Positions 63,589 to 64,000 of a stretch of 64,000 nucleotides of DNA are shown here, one piece after another. The notes beneath the pieces were generated by a model, which did not search any database, was not told where the DNA came from, and saw only the letters and a list, made by a program, of their open reading frames with translations. A program made the position numbers and the translations under genes. Origin of the DNA: Enoplolaimus lenunculus (lineage: Eukaryota); contig JASANG010000753.1 in the NCBI GenBank assembly GCA_030248215.1, positions 310,001 through 374,000 on the forward strand, given 5' to 3'. How positions within the stretch are numbered: the first letter of the stretch is position 1; every line of letters starts with the position of its first letter.

Positions 63589-64000
63589 CTTAAGCAGAGT
63601 CTTAAAATTTAAGCTTAGGCTCCAGCATGAATGATGGTACGTTTATGCTTTTGGCCTCTAAACCTGAATAGTTTAAGGTAGTTGTTAGCCAGTCTGTGAT
63701 GCGAAATTTAGGCACTACGAATTGGTTAAATGCTAATTGAAATGGTTCGAACCAGACACTTGGTCGTAATTAATATGCAAATTACACGGTTGTCGGCGCT
63801 GGTTACAATTAGGCTTGCAATAAAGCTGTAATATGGTCAGTTTTGTTCAGGTTACAAAAACCAAGAGAGTAAGATTAGGAAAAATGCGAGAACTGATACG
63901 GTTTTTAAAAGCGTATGGTACAAAACGCTACTTAAAGTACTGTCAAACATTAATACTTGAATACAGGGTTTAGTCTGTAACCCCCCCTCTGTAATTATGA

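Overview
AT-rich, intron-containing eukaryotic DNA. Abundant interstitial (TTAGGC)n, the nematode-type telomere repeat, suggests a nematode, but the taxon is inferred only. By hand I reconstructed three complete spliced minus-strand genes with phase-consistent GT-AG junctions: an FGGY-family carbohydrate kinase (3617-19507, 8 coding exons), a SHC adaptor with PTB-CH1-SH2 architecture (25213-31187, 11 exons) and an SLC16/monocarboxylate-transporter-family gene (34450-50916, 12 exons). There is also a partial small Cys-rich, probably GPI-anchored three-finger-like gene (58524-60211) and a probable terminal exon of a convergent gene (372-521). Introns and intergenic DNA hold two kb-scale intronic satellites (~70-bp and 38-bp units), a 30-bp telomere-like minisatellite, and several MITE families with readable TIRs and TSDs. 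The most unusual items are: about 25-30 copies of a GGCC-ended, 8-bp-TSD (Merlin-like) MITE carrying telomeric repeats; two related elements stacked at the FGGY stop codon with a triplicated 7-bp target site; and a 125-bp duplication of the SHC YYN exon acceptor. No transposase, CRISPR array or prokaryotic system is evident. Most short ORFs in the track are repeat artefacts.
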